Assembly: GCA_963717145.1 (NCBI GenBank)
Contig: OY970325.1
Span: 2,272,001-2,336,000, forward strand
Length of the DNA stretch: 64,000 nt
Direction: 5' to 3'
Origin: an uncultured Armatimonadetes bacterium
GTDB taxonomy: Bacteria; Armatimonadota; UBA5829; DTJY01
Shown here: piece after piece, positions 41,474 through 50,837 of the stretch
How the letters are laid out: the number at the start of each line of letters is the position of its first letter
How positions within the stretch are numbered: position 1 is the stretch's first letter
The notes under the pieces: model-generated
The model's database searches: none
The model's input: the letters and a program-made list of their open reading frames with translations, nothing else
Told to the model about the DNA's origin: nothing
Translations under genes and position numbers: made by a program

Positions 41474-42598
41474 TCAATCCAGACCGAAGAACTTGAAAAG
41501 CGCCTCACGTATGCGGACCGAGGCGGTTCCGTCGCCGTATGGGTTCACGGCTTTGGCCATAGTATTGTAGCCGCCTGTATCTCTCAGCAGCTTCGCGGTT
41601 GCCTGGAATATCTGCTCAGTCTCGGTACCGATCAGGCTCGCGGTACCGGCTTCGACGCCCTCAGGGCGTTCCGTCGTGTTCCTCATGACCAGGACCGGCT
41701 TTCCGAGCGAGGGAGCTTCCTCCTGAACGCCGCCTGAATCAGTCAGGACGAGGTGCGCCCGCTTGAGCAGATGCACGAACGGCACGTAGTCCGGCGGCTC
41801 GATCAGGTGTATCCTGTCGACGCCCTCCAGCGCAGGGTAGACAGTCTCCCGCACGATCGGATTCTTATGGACCGCGAATACGACCTCAGTGTCCGGGAAC
41901 TCGGCGACGATCTGCTTGATAGCCTGACAGATGCGGGCCATCGGCTCTCCCCAGTTCTCTCGCCGGTGAGCAGTGACCAAGATCATGCGCTGGCCGTTCG
42001 TCCCGACGGTCGAGAGGAACGGATCATCGAAGGTCCACGGACGCTCGGCGACCGAGAGCAGGGCGTCGATGACCGTGTTACCCGTGACGTGGATACGATT
42101 CGACGGCACGCCTTCCGCCATCAGATTCTGGCGCGCGGCGGGCGTCGGCGCGAAATGCAGGTCGGCGAGCACAGTCGTCAGGCGACGGTTCATCTCCTCC
42201 GGGAACGGGTCGTACTTGTTGTCGGTGCGCAGCCCGGCCTCCACATGGCCGATCGCGACCTTGTTGTAGAATGCCGCCAGGGCCGCCACAAAGGTGGTGG
42301 TCGTATCGCCCTGAGCCAGGATGATGTCCGGCTGCTCCTTCAGAATGATGCCTTCGAGCCCCTGGAGTCCCCTCGTCGTGATCTCGGCCAGGGTCTGCTT
42401 CGGCCGCATGATGTCGAGGTCGTAGTCCGGCTTGATGTGAAATACATCGAGCACCTGATGGAGCATCTCCCGGTGCTGCCCGGTCACGGTCACGACGAGA
42501 TTCACCTCATCGGGGAACTTCTTGAGTTCGAGTACCACCGGCGCCATCTTGACGGCATCCGGACGAGTGCCGCATATTGCCATTACTCTTATCGGCAT
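41474..42598 (-). CDS. wecB: UDP-N-acetylglucosamine 2-epimerase (non-hydrolysing)
   Basis: GTRPDAVKMAP, HVEAGLR, PFPEEMNR, TDSGGVQEEAP. Confidence 0.96.
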   Translation of the reverse strand: MPIRVMAICGTRPDAVKMAPVVLELKKFPDEVNLVVTVTGQHREMLHQVLDVFHIKPDYDLDIMRPKQTLAEITTRGLQGLEGIILKEQPDIILAQGDTTTTFVAALAAFYNKVAIGHVEAGLRTDNKYDPFPEEMNRRLTTVLADLHFAPTPAARQNLMAEGVPSNRIHVTGNTVIDALLSVAERPWTFDDPFLSTVGTNGQRMILVTAHRRENWGEPMARICQAIKQIVAEFPDTEVVFAVHKNPIVRETVYPALEGVDRIHLIEPPDYVPFVHLLKRAHLVLTDSGGVQEEAPSLGKPVLVMRNTTERPEGVEAGTASLIGTETEQIFQATAKLLRDTGGYNTMAKAVNPYGDGTASVRIREALFKFFGLD

Positions 42599-42641
42599 GT
42601 TGACCTCTGTTCTCTTCTCTCCCTCGAAGATGCTCACCCAT

Positions 42642-42706
42642 GTAGTGGCCGTGCCTCTGTGCCGGCCGTGCTACGTGGGAGGCCGGCACAGAGGCACGGC
42701 CACTAC
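42642..42706. repeat. GTAGTGGCC-type REP doublet
   Basis: Inverted pair GTAGTGGCCGTGCCTCTGTGCCGGCC. Confidence 0.85.
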
Positions 42707-42710
42707 GCGA

Positions 42711-43673
42711 CTACCTGGTCAGGAAATACACCGTTGTCGCCGTGATGCCGAGCACCAGGCATATCCCATAGATCAGCAGGACCGCCTGTTTGTGACTGAA
42801 CCCGCGCTGCATCAGACGGTAGTGGAGATGGCTGTGATCCGCCCTGTGCAGCGGACGTCGCCCGCGCCATCTCTTCCATACGACGAAGATCGCGTCGAAG
42901 ATCGGCACGCCGAAGACCAGAATGGGGAGCGCCATCGCGGCCGCGACGGCCACTTTGAACGCGCCCAGAATCGAAAGCGCCGCCAGTGTGAAACCTATGA
43001 ACTGGCTGCCCGTCGTGCCCATGAAAATCTTGGCCGGGTTGAAATTGAACCGCAGGAAGCCGATGCACGCGCCGCTGAGAGCCGCTGACATGAGCGCAAC
43101 CCCGGGCTGAGCGGAGTTGTATGCGATGAAAGCCAGGCATCCCGCCGCGATGGCGCCTATCCCCGCTGCGAGGCCGTCGAGGCCGTCCATCAGGTCGATG
43201 GTCTTGGTGAGCCCGAAGACCCAGATGATCGTGACCGGCGCGGCGAGCCACGAAAGGCCGATCACCCCTTCGCGGAAGGGATTGGTGACGATCTCGATCT
43301 TGACCCCGAACCCCATGAGCACGATCGCCGCCGCCAGAATCGCCCCGGCCTGGAGAGCCGCGGACATCTCCTTCAGGTCGTCGATCATTCCAATCGTAGC
43401 TACGATGGCGCCGGCGACAAGAATACCGAACATCCGCGTGTCAAGCTTGAGGTCCGGAACCCATTTGCTCCCGAGTTTCGAGACGAGGACTACCGCAACG
43501 ACAAAGCCGACGTAGATGGCCAGCCCACCCCACAGCGGGACCGGACGGCCGTGAATGCGCCGACCGCCGGGCTGAGCGAGGACGTTGAGGTGCGTCGCCA
43601 GTCTGCGTACCCGTGGGGTCAGCAGAAATGACAGTGCAAGCGCCACCAGGAATGCAAGGACTTGAAAGTTCAT
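42711..43673 (-). CDS. WecA/TagO-family undecaprenyl-phosphate GlcNAc-1-phosphate transferase
   Basis: [30 protein letters not shown]. Confidence 0.92.
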   Translation of the reverse strand: MNFQVLAFLVALALSFLLTPRVRRLATHLNVLAQPGGRRIHGRPVPLWGGLAIYVGFVVAVVLVSKLGSKWVPDLKLDTRMFGILVAGAIVATIGMIDDLKEMSAALQAGAILAAAIVLMGFGVKIEIVTNPFREGVIGLSWLAAPVTIIWVFGLTKTIDLMDGLDGLAAGIGAIAAGCLAFIAYNSAQPGVALMSAALSGACIGFLRFNFNPAKIFMGTTGSQFIGFTLAALSILGAFKVAVAAAMALPILVFGVPIFDAIFVVWKRWRGRRPLHRADHSHLHYRLMQRGFSHKQAVLLIYGICLVLGITATTVYFLTR

Positions 43674-44176
43674 CTACTCGATACTTCGACCGGTTCCGAC
43701 GCGGATTCGGTGTCCTCCTCGGGAACTCGCATCAGTTCGATACCGGCTTCGCGCAGAAGCTCCATCGAAAAATCGTCGGGATAGTCACCGGTATAGACGA
43801 CTCTCGTGATGCCGGCGTTGATGATCATCCGAGCGCAGACGCTGCAGGGCTGGCGCGTGCTGTAGATCGTCGCTCCTTTGGTTGAGACGCCGTGTTGTGC
43901 GGCCTGGATGACTGCGTTCATCTCGGAATGCAGCGCTCGGCACATCTCATGGCGGGTACCGGATGGGATACCGAGTTCGTCCCTGAGACAGCTCGTCTCG
44001 AGGCAGTGCGCCAAGCCGGACGGGGCGCCGTTGTACCCGGTCGTCAAAATGCGGCGGTCGCGCACGATGACGGCGCCGATCTGACGCCGCACACACGTCG
44101 ACCGCTTCGCGACCACGTGAGCGATCTCGAGGAAATACTCGTCCCAGTCGGGACGCCGGCGTATGTTGTTAGTCAT
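43670..44176 (-). CDS. dCMP deaminase family protein
   Basis: [30 protein letters not shown]. Confidence 0.92.
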   Translation of the reverse strand: MTNNIRRRPDWDEYFLEIAHVVAKRSTCVRRQIGAVIVRDRRILTTGYNGAPSGLAHCLETSCLRDELGIPSGTRHEMCRALHSEMNAVIQAAQHGVSTKGATIYSTRQPCSVCARMIINAGITRVVYTGDYPDDFSMELLREAGIELMRVPEEDTESASEPVEVSSR

Positions 44177-44193
44177 ATGTGTTCTCGCTATCC

Positions 44194-44288
44194 GTAGGGG
44201 AGGCCTTCAACGGCCTCCCGGCGGGCGGGCATAGAAGCACCGCCCCTACAGCGTCGTTGCGGGCGACCGTGGAAAGGATCGCCCCTAC
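44194..44288. repeat. GTAG REP cluster (3 variants)
   Basis: GTAGGGGAGGCC.., GTAGGGGCGGTGC.. and GTAGGGGCGATCC.. units. Confidence 0.85.
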
Positions 44289-45559
44289 CCATAAAGTGGA
44301 AACTCGACGCAGAGGTCGTTGACCGTAGCCTTGACCTCTTCGCGCACCCTCAGATCGTCTATGTTGGTTAGCACGCGATGGATCAGGTCGCCGATCACCC
44401 GCATCTCGGGCTCGCACATCCCGCGAGTCGTGAGCGCGGGCGTCCCGATCCTGATTCCGCTGCCGATGTAAGGCTTCTCGGGATCGAACGGGATCGTGTT
44501 CCGGTTGGTCGTGATCCCCGCTTCGTCGAGCGCCGTCTGTGCCTGGCGACCATTGATCCCGAGCGGGACGAGGTTCACCAGCATCAGATGGTTGTCCGTT
44601 CCGCCCGCGACAAGCTTGATCCCCTTCTCCATCAGTCGATCGGCCAATGCAGCCGCGTTCAGCCGGATTTGCCGCTGATACGACTTGAACTCAGGGGTCA
44701 TCGCTTCCCTGAGGCAAACCGCTTTCGCCGCGACTATATGGCAGAGCGGGCCGCCCTGCATGCCCGGGAACACAGCTTTGTCGAGCATATCGGCATACGG
44801 CGACATGCAGAGGACCATGCCTCCCCTCGGGCCGCGGAGCGTCTTGTGCGTGGTCGTCGAAACAAACTGCGCATAAGGCACCGGCGAGGGATGCTCTCCC
44901 GCCGCAACGAGGCCCGCGATGTGCGCCATATCCACCACCAGATACGCACCGACCTCGTCGGCTATCTCACGCATTCCTGGGAAATCTATGATCCGCGGAT
45001 ACACAGTTGCGCCGCCGACGATCAGCTTCGGCTTGTGCTCGCGGGCCAGCCGGGCCATCTCGTCGTAGTCGATCAACTCTGTTTCGCGATTGACACCGTA
45101 TGGGATGACGTTATACAGCTTGCCCGAGAAGTTCACCGACCGCCCGTGGGTCAGGTGGCCGCCATGATTGAGATTCATCGCCATGAACGTGTCGCCGCAT
45201 TCCATCGCAGCGAAGTACACGGCCATGTTCGCCTGCGAGCCGGAATGGGGCTGGACGTTGGCATGGTCCGCGCCGAAGAGCTTCTTCGCGCGATCGATGG
45301 CGAGGTTCTCGGCGATGTCCACGTATTCGCAGCCGCCGTAATATCGCTTGCCCGGGTAGCCCTCAGCATACTTGTTCGTCATGATGCTGCCCTGGGCCTC
45401 GAGCACGGCACGGCTCACGAAGTTCTCCGAGGCAATCATCTCGAGCTTGCCGTTCTCACGCGCCTTCTCGAGTTCGATCGCCTGGGCGATCTCAGGGTCC
45501 ACCTCGGCCAGGCTTGCCGTAAACGAAGGATTCCTAACCTTCAACTCCAACGTCGCCAA
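44285..45559 (-). CDS. glyA: Serine hydroxymethyltransferase
   Basis: [40 protein letters not shown] start after AGGGAGG. Confidence 0.97.
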   Translation of the reverse strand: MATLELKVRNPSFTASLAEVDPEIAQAIELEKARENGKLEMIASENFVSRAVLEAQGSIMTNKYAEGYPGKRYYGGCEYVDIAENLAIDRAKKLFGADHANVQPHSGSQANMAVYFAAMECGDTFMAMNLNHGGHLTHGRSVNFSGKLYNVIPYGVNRETELIDYDEMARLAREHKPKLIVGGATVYPRIIDFPGMREIADEVGAYLVVDMAHIAGLVAAGEHPSPVPYAQFVSTTTHKTLRGPRGGMVLCMSPYADMLDKAVFPGMQGGPLCHIVAAKAVCLREAMTPEFKSYQRQIRLNAAALADRLMEKGIKLVAGGTDNHLMLVNLVPLGINGRQAQTALDEAGITTNRNTIPFDPEKPYIGSGIRIGTPALTTRGMCEPEMRVIGDLIHRVLTNIDDLRVREEVKATVNDLCVEFPLYG

Positions 45560-45582
45560 TATCAGCGTCCTCCCTGAAAAAC

Positions 45583-45743
45583 GGCGGTTCGGGCGGATTT
45601 GTAATCCAGCCCGCATTGGCAATCTGGGGATCTGTGATCCCGCAACGCCCCGGATGGCATCAGAGATGCCGGTTTGCCACGGGGTGCTGGATCACAAATC
45701 CGCACCAACCGCCATGGGCCGGCAGCCAATGCTTCGCCCCTAC
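45583..45743. repeat. Imperfect palindrome (GCGGATTTGT type) plus a solo GTAG unit
   Basis: GGCGGTT..GCGGATTTGTAATCCAGC / GCTGGATCACAAATCCGC..AACCGCC; GTAGGGGCGAAGCATT on the minus strand. Confidence 0.7.
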
Positions 45744-46190
45744 GGGGTATACTTCTTCTCAATGTCGTGCATCTTGCGGATGCGCCTGGCATGGCGCTCC
45801 TCGTTCGGGAACTCGGTGGAGAGCCACGCATCGACGATATCGAGCGCGGGCCGCGCCGATCGTCCGCTCGCCCAGCACGAGGATGTTCGCATCGTTGTGC
45901 AGCCGGGACATCCGCGCGCAGTATGTGTCGCCACACAGGGCGGCACGGATCCCGGGGACTTTGTTCGCCGTGATGCTCATACCGATGCCGGAGCCGCAGA
46001 CCAGTATACCGCGGTCGAACTCACCGTTCGCCACGGCTTCAGCCACCTTGGCACCGATGTCCGGGTAGTCGACGGGTTCCGCTTCCTTCGTGCCGAAATC
46101 CACGACATCCGCCTGCTTATCGGCTAGGTGACGGACTATCTCATCCTTCAGCCGGAATCCGGCGTGATCCGATCCGATTGCGATTCTCAT
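45740..46190 (-). CDS. rpiB: Ribose-5-phosphate isomerase B; frameshift near 45855
   Basis: [28 protein letters not shown]-terminus ..ERHARRIRK lies in another frame. Confidence 0.93.
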
Positions 46191-46197
46191 ACACGGG

Positions 46198-46227
46198 ATT
46201 ATACTACGCGCCGAATGAGGTTGTAAA
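46198..46227 (-). promoter_or_regulatory. sigma70-type promoter of the rpiB-glyA operon (MITE copy 2 target)
   Basis: TTTACA-18 bp-TATAAT. Confidence 0.7.
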
Positions 46228-46243
46228 GCGAGGAAGCTGCCCG

Positions 46244-46420
46244 CGGTGCATTTCCGCAGAGTGGGTGCAGCCTCTCGTTATGCCACCAGAGTGGCTATTC
46301 GAGGAGAACGGTTGGGTGGCTTGCCAAGCTTCCCAAGCACCAAACCCATCTAGTCTCGAGTAGGTTTCTCTGGAAACCATAACGAGAGACGGTCGCCACC
46401 CACTCAACTCGAATGCACCC
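46244..46420. mobile_element. MITE copy 2 (177 bp, 9-bp TSD AGCTGCCCG)
   Basis: Direct repeats at 46235-46243 and 46421-46429; same element as 8558-8732. Confidence 0.9.
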
Positions 46421-46452
46421 AGCTGCCCGTAAGAGTTCACGATTAGGGTTAG

Positions 46453-46528
46453 CGGCTGTCATTCTGAGCGTAGTGAAGAATCTGGCCGTGCGCAGACAGA
46501 TTCTTCACTACGCTCAGAATGACAGCCG
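46453..46528. repeat. Perfect 32-bp-arm palindrome (GTCATTCTGAGCG type)
   Basis: Arms 46453-46484 and 46497-46528. Confidence 0.88.
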
Positions 46529-46677
46529 GTGGGTTGCACTATCAACGATCGTGAACTCTTTCAGCTGCCGGCACGCCATTCTCAGCCGGCAGGAGTTGTC
46601 GTCCGTCGTGCACAATGTATACGTGTCGGCTGTGGTCGGCATCCTTGAGGCAACCTGATTTGGGAGGGAGACACCCT

Positions 46678-47856
46678 ATGCTATTCCGAAGTGCTCTGAT
46701 TCTGGCAGTGATAAGCGCCGTCGGGACGTTGACCGCTCAGGCGGCGGAAGAGAGGAGACCTGCAAACGTGAAGAAGGTGACAGACCTGATCATCTACCAA
46801 GACGACATGTACTACTCGGCTTTTCCATCGCTCGTGGCGCGCAAGGACGGCGAGATCCTGTGCGCGTTTCGCCGCGCGCCGAACCGCCAACTACTCTGGG
46901 GTGCGCCCGGCTACACCCACACCGATGCCAACAGCTATCTGGTGCTCGTGCGTTCGAAGGACGGCGGCAAGACGTGGACGCAGGAGCCGGAGCTGATCTT
47001 CGCTCACCCGCTCGGCGGCTCGCAGGATCCGTGCATGGTGCAGCTCAAGGACGGCTCCATCGTGTGCACGAGCTACGGATGGGCGCTGATCCCCCCTGAG
47101 AAAGCTTTGCCGGATACTCTCTCGCACGTCGGACAGTACGCTTTCCTGGGCGGCTACATCCTGCGCTCCGACGACGGCGCAAAGACCTGGAAGGGCCCGT
47201 TCATCCCACCGCACGTGGAGGTCGATGGCACCGTGGACGCCCTCGGGAAGCCGGTCGCGGCATACAATCGTGGGGCGATGATGCAGGGCAGGGACGGAAA
47301 GCTCTACTGGGCCGTCTGCTGCAACAAAGGCCCTGTGATACGCAACTCGACGGTGCAGCTTCTGACATCATCGGACAAGGGCGAGACCTGGCAGTATGCG
47401 TCCCCCATCGCCGAGGACGAGAAGGCGTCCTTCAACGAAACCTCGCTGATCGAGACGAAGAAGGGCGACATCGTGGCGTTCATGCGGACGGCGAACTTCG
47501 ACGACCACCTGGCCGTTTCGCGATCGACCGACGGCGGGAAGAGCTTCAAGTGGGAGGACGGCAAGATCGTCGGCCACCCGTATTACGCCATGAAGCTCAA
47601 AGATGGCCGCGTCTTCCTGGTCTACGGATATCGCCATCAGCCATTCGGAATCCGCGCCAGGCTGCTGAACGCCGATTGCACCGACATCGCCGACGCGCCC
47701 GAGATCGTCATCCGCGACGACGGTGGGAGTGGGGACCTCGGCTATCCCTGGGCTGCGCTCCTCCCGGACGGCAACATCCTTGTGGCGTACTACTTCAACC
47801 AGAAGGACGGACCGAGGTACATCGCGGGGAGCATTCTGGAAATGGTTGATGGTTGA
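46678..47856 (+). CDS. Secreted BNR/Asp-box sialidase-family glycosidase
   Basis: Four S.D.G.TW-like Asp boxes; AFP, NET and DLGYP motifs. Confidence 0.85.
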   Translation: MLFRSALILAVISAVGTLTAQAAEERRPANVKKVTDLIIYQDDMYYSAFPSLVARKDGEILCAFRRAPNRQLLWGAPGYTHTDANSYLVLVRSKDGGKTWTQEPELIFAHPLGGSQDPCMVQLKDGSIVCTSYGWALIPPEKALPDTLSHVGQYAFLGGYILRSDDGAKTWKGPFIPPHVEVDGTVDALGKPVAAYNRGAMMQGRDGKLYWAVCCNKGPVIRNSTVQLLTSSDKGETWQYASPIAEDEKASFNETSLIETKKGDIVAFMRTANFDDHLAVSRSTDGGKSFKWEDGKIVGHPYYAMKLKDGRVFLVYGYRHQPFGIRARLLNADCTDIADAPEIVIRDDGGSGDLGYPWAALLPDGNILVAYYFNQKDGPRYIAGSILEMVDG

Positions 47857-47916
47857 TGGGGAATGGCTGATGGGATCCCGCTCCGACATTAACCATTAAC
47901 CATCAGCCATTCCCCA

Positions 47917-49736
47917 TCATTCCCCGGGATCCGGCATCTTCGCGGAGAGGGCCTCGACGAATGCGGGATGCGGGGTGTCGCCATTCTGCTCGGCGAGGCG
48001 AATCTCTGCCCAGGCAGCGGCATACGATCCCTTGTAGAACAGCGCAACCGCCAGGTTGTTGTGGAGGTTCGGGAACTCGGGCTGGATGATGAGCGCCTCG
48101 TGGAACACTAAGACCGCATCATCCAGCCGGCCCATATCGATCAACGCGATGCCCATGTTGTTCCGCGCATCCATGTAGTCGTGTTTGTACTCGATCGCCT
48201 TCCCATATTGCTCGACGGCCTCGCCGGTCCTCTTGAGCTTCCCGAGCGCGACGCCGTAATCGTAGTACGCATCCGCCCAGGTCGGGCTCAGCTCTATGGC
48301 CTTCCGATAGTGAGGCAGCGCCTCCTCGAACCTGCCCTGATCCACCAGCGCAATCCCGGTGTTGAGCTGCCCTTCCGGGTAGTCCGGGTTCAGCCGCAAA
48401 GCCTTCTGGTAGTACGGCATCGCCTCGTCGGTCCTGCCCCCACGGTCGAGGAGATTCGCGAGGTTGTTATACGCCAGCCAGGACGAAGGGTTCTTGGCGA
48501 TCACGTCTCGCCACAACTGCTCGGGCCCTGGTACGCATGCGCCTGAGTCCAGGTCAGCGTGCCGAGGGTGACGAGGATCAGGCCGGGCAGGATGTATCGA
48601 ACCACCTGCTGCGCCTTCATCCGCTCCCCGAACTTCATCAGTCCGGCGGCAAGAAGAGCAATCGGGCCGATACTCGCCATGTACTGGTAGTGATCCGCCA
48701 CGAAAGAGTAGCGGAACGTGTAGAGCGAGAAGAACCCGAGCATCGGCACGAGCGAAGCGACGAAGAATGCTCCCGCCGCGATCGGTCCTCGGCCGACCGT
48801 CCGACGGAACCACCACAAGACGCCTGCGACTATGGCACAACCGGCGAGCCAGAGGTACTGGAGCGGTTGCAAGGGATCGATAATCCATCCAGGGTAGCTG
48901 AACGTCAGTCTCGCGGGCCAGACCAGCTTGCCGAGGTAGAACCAGAGCGCCCTGCCGGCGACCAGTAATCGCTCGGCGATTGTGAGATCGAACTCCGCGC
49001 CCATCGTACCCTGACGGTTCCGCTCCCACCAGATCGAGGTCAGTCCCATGCCGATCCCGAAGGCGACGAACGGTACCATCAGCGCGAACTCACGCATCCC
49101 GATCCGCTCGCGTCTGATCCATGACACGAGCAGCAGGGCGGCGGGGATCGTGCAGGCGGTCGTCTTGGCGAAGAGTGCCAGGGCGGAAAGCACGAGGGAC
49201 AGGCCGTAGTACTTCCACTCGGCCTTGTCGCGGAAGCGCATCCACGAGAGGACGGTCAGCAGGTAGAAAAGCGTCGAGAGGACGTTCTTCCGCTCGGTGA
49301 TCCATGCGACCGACTCGAGATGGACCGGATGCAGCGCGAAGATCGCCGCCGCGAGCCACGCGCCCTTGATCGACAGCCGCCTGAGCACCAGGTAGACGAG
49401 GAATGCGTTCGCCAGGTGCAGGAGGATGTTCACGACATGGTAGCCGGTCGTCTCGAGTCCCCACATGGCATACTCCATGCGGAACGTCGTATAGACCAGC
49501 GGGAAGTACTGCGACGGGGAATCGAGCGAGAACCAGATGCGGTGGAGGCCGTCCGGCGCGGTGAGAAGCTCGTTCTTCGAGACATAGTCGTCGTCATCCC
49601 AGACGAACGCGCCATGGATCGCCGGCCAGTACGCGAGGAACACCGCGATGACGAGCATGGCCGCGAGGATGTACACATTCCGCGCGGACTTCATCTTAGA
49701 GATGATGGGGTTCTTCTTCCGTGATGCTCTGCCCAT
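47917..49736 (-). CDS. GT-C-like multi-TM protein with C-terminal TPRs (TMTC-like); frameshift near 48520
   Basis: FVWDDDDY, FALHPVHLESVAWITERK, VADHYQY; then LWRDV...AYNNL TPRs in ORF 47917..49029. Confidence 0.8.
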
Positions 49737-49786
49737 TTCGGGCGTTCACCTCCAGATGAGTACAGGTCTCACCGTCACAGTCCAAG

Positions 49787-50773
49787 CTACCGACGCAGCC
49801 GATACTGATGTCCTTTGAGGACCAGTCGCTGTTCAGCTTTCGCCGCGTCCCAGACTCGGACGGTACCATCTTCGCTCCCGCTGGCCAGCAGTCTCCCATC
49901 CGGGCTAAACGCGAGGCAGCGGACAGCCTCCCCGTGACCGACCAGTGTGGAGAACTCCTTCCATTCGCCCACACGCCAGACTCGAATACTGCCCTCATGC
50001 GATCCTGCGGCCAAGAGTCTGCTGTCCGGGCTGAACGCAACCGGCACCCAGCTCGTGACATCCGAAGCCCCAAGTGTGCGCACCTTCGCCAAGGTCTGCA
50101 GATCCCAGATGCTGACTGTATCGCTCCAGCCACCAGTGGCTACCAACCGGCCGTCCCCGCTAATGGCTAGATTTCTCAGATCAATCTGTTCCGCTGCTGC
50201 ATTGCGGACATTCTTGCCGCTCTTGAGATCCCAGACTTCGAGGTTGCCATCCCAATCACCCGTGACCAGCAAGTTGTCGGCAGAACTCAGGCCGCCGCAG
50301 AGCGGGTCGGCGTCTATGCTGCGAACCACCTTACTGGACGAGGCATCCCAAACCTTGATACCTGAAAGCCCCAGCGTCACAAGATCATCGCTACTTGCGC
50401 CGAACAGAACCTCTTGCGCCGCGAGATCATCGCGCATAGTGCGGATGATCCGCCATGTTCCAGTATCCCACAATCGTATGCTACGATCGCCGTGCGTGCT
50501 GGCAAGCCGTTTGCCGTCCGCGCTGAAACAGACAGAGCCTACTGGCGCGTCGCCGAACTTAAGCTTTCTGGTCTGTTGACCTGTGCCTAGATTCCAGATA
50601 CGTACGGTGCCGTCCCACCCGGCGCTCGCGAGAACTCTGCCATCCGGCGAAAAAACCACTGAGTTCACATCGCGCATTGGTTGGGGCACCGGCGACAAGG
50701 CAAGTGCACAACGAATGGATGCCAACGTGCAGACCACTACAGCCACTAAGCCTATGCATTTCAATGGTATCAC
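49787..50773 (-). CDS. Secreted WD40-repeat protein
   Basis: FSPDGR.LAS...D.TVR.W repeats; signal peptide. Confidence 0.88.
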   Translation of the reverse strand: MIPLKCIGLVAVVVCTLASIRCALALSPVPQPMRDVNSVVFSPDGRVLASAGWDGTVRIWNLGTGQQTRKLKFGDAPVGSVCFSADGKRLASTHGDRSIRLWDTGTWRIIRTMRDDLAAQEVLFGASSDDLVTLGLSGIKVWDASSSKVVRSIDADPLCGGLSSADNLLVTGDWDGNLEVWDLKSGKNVRNAAAEQIDLRNLAISGDGRLVATGGWSDTVSIWDLQTLAKVRTLGASDVTSWVPVAFSPDSRLLAAGSHEGSIRVWRVGEWKEFSTLVGHGEAVRCLAFSPDGRLLASGSEDGTVRVWDAAKAEQRLVLKGHQYRLRR

Positions 50774-50837
50774 CTCGTCTTACTCTGACCCACGCAAGGG
50801 CGCAGACCTTCACAACCGTCAGACATGCAACAACTGC

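Noticed and set aside
45560-45740. ZTP or glycine riboswitch before glyA
   Set aside because: Consensus motifs not found; the region is explained by palindromic repeats.
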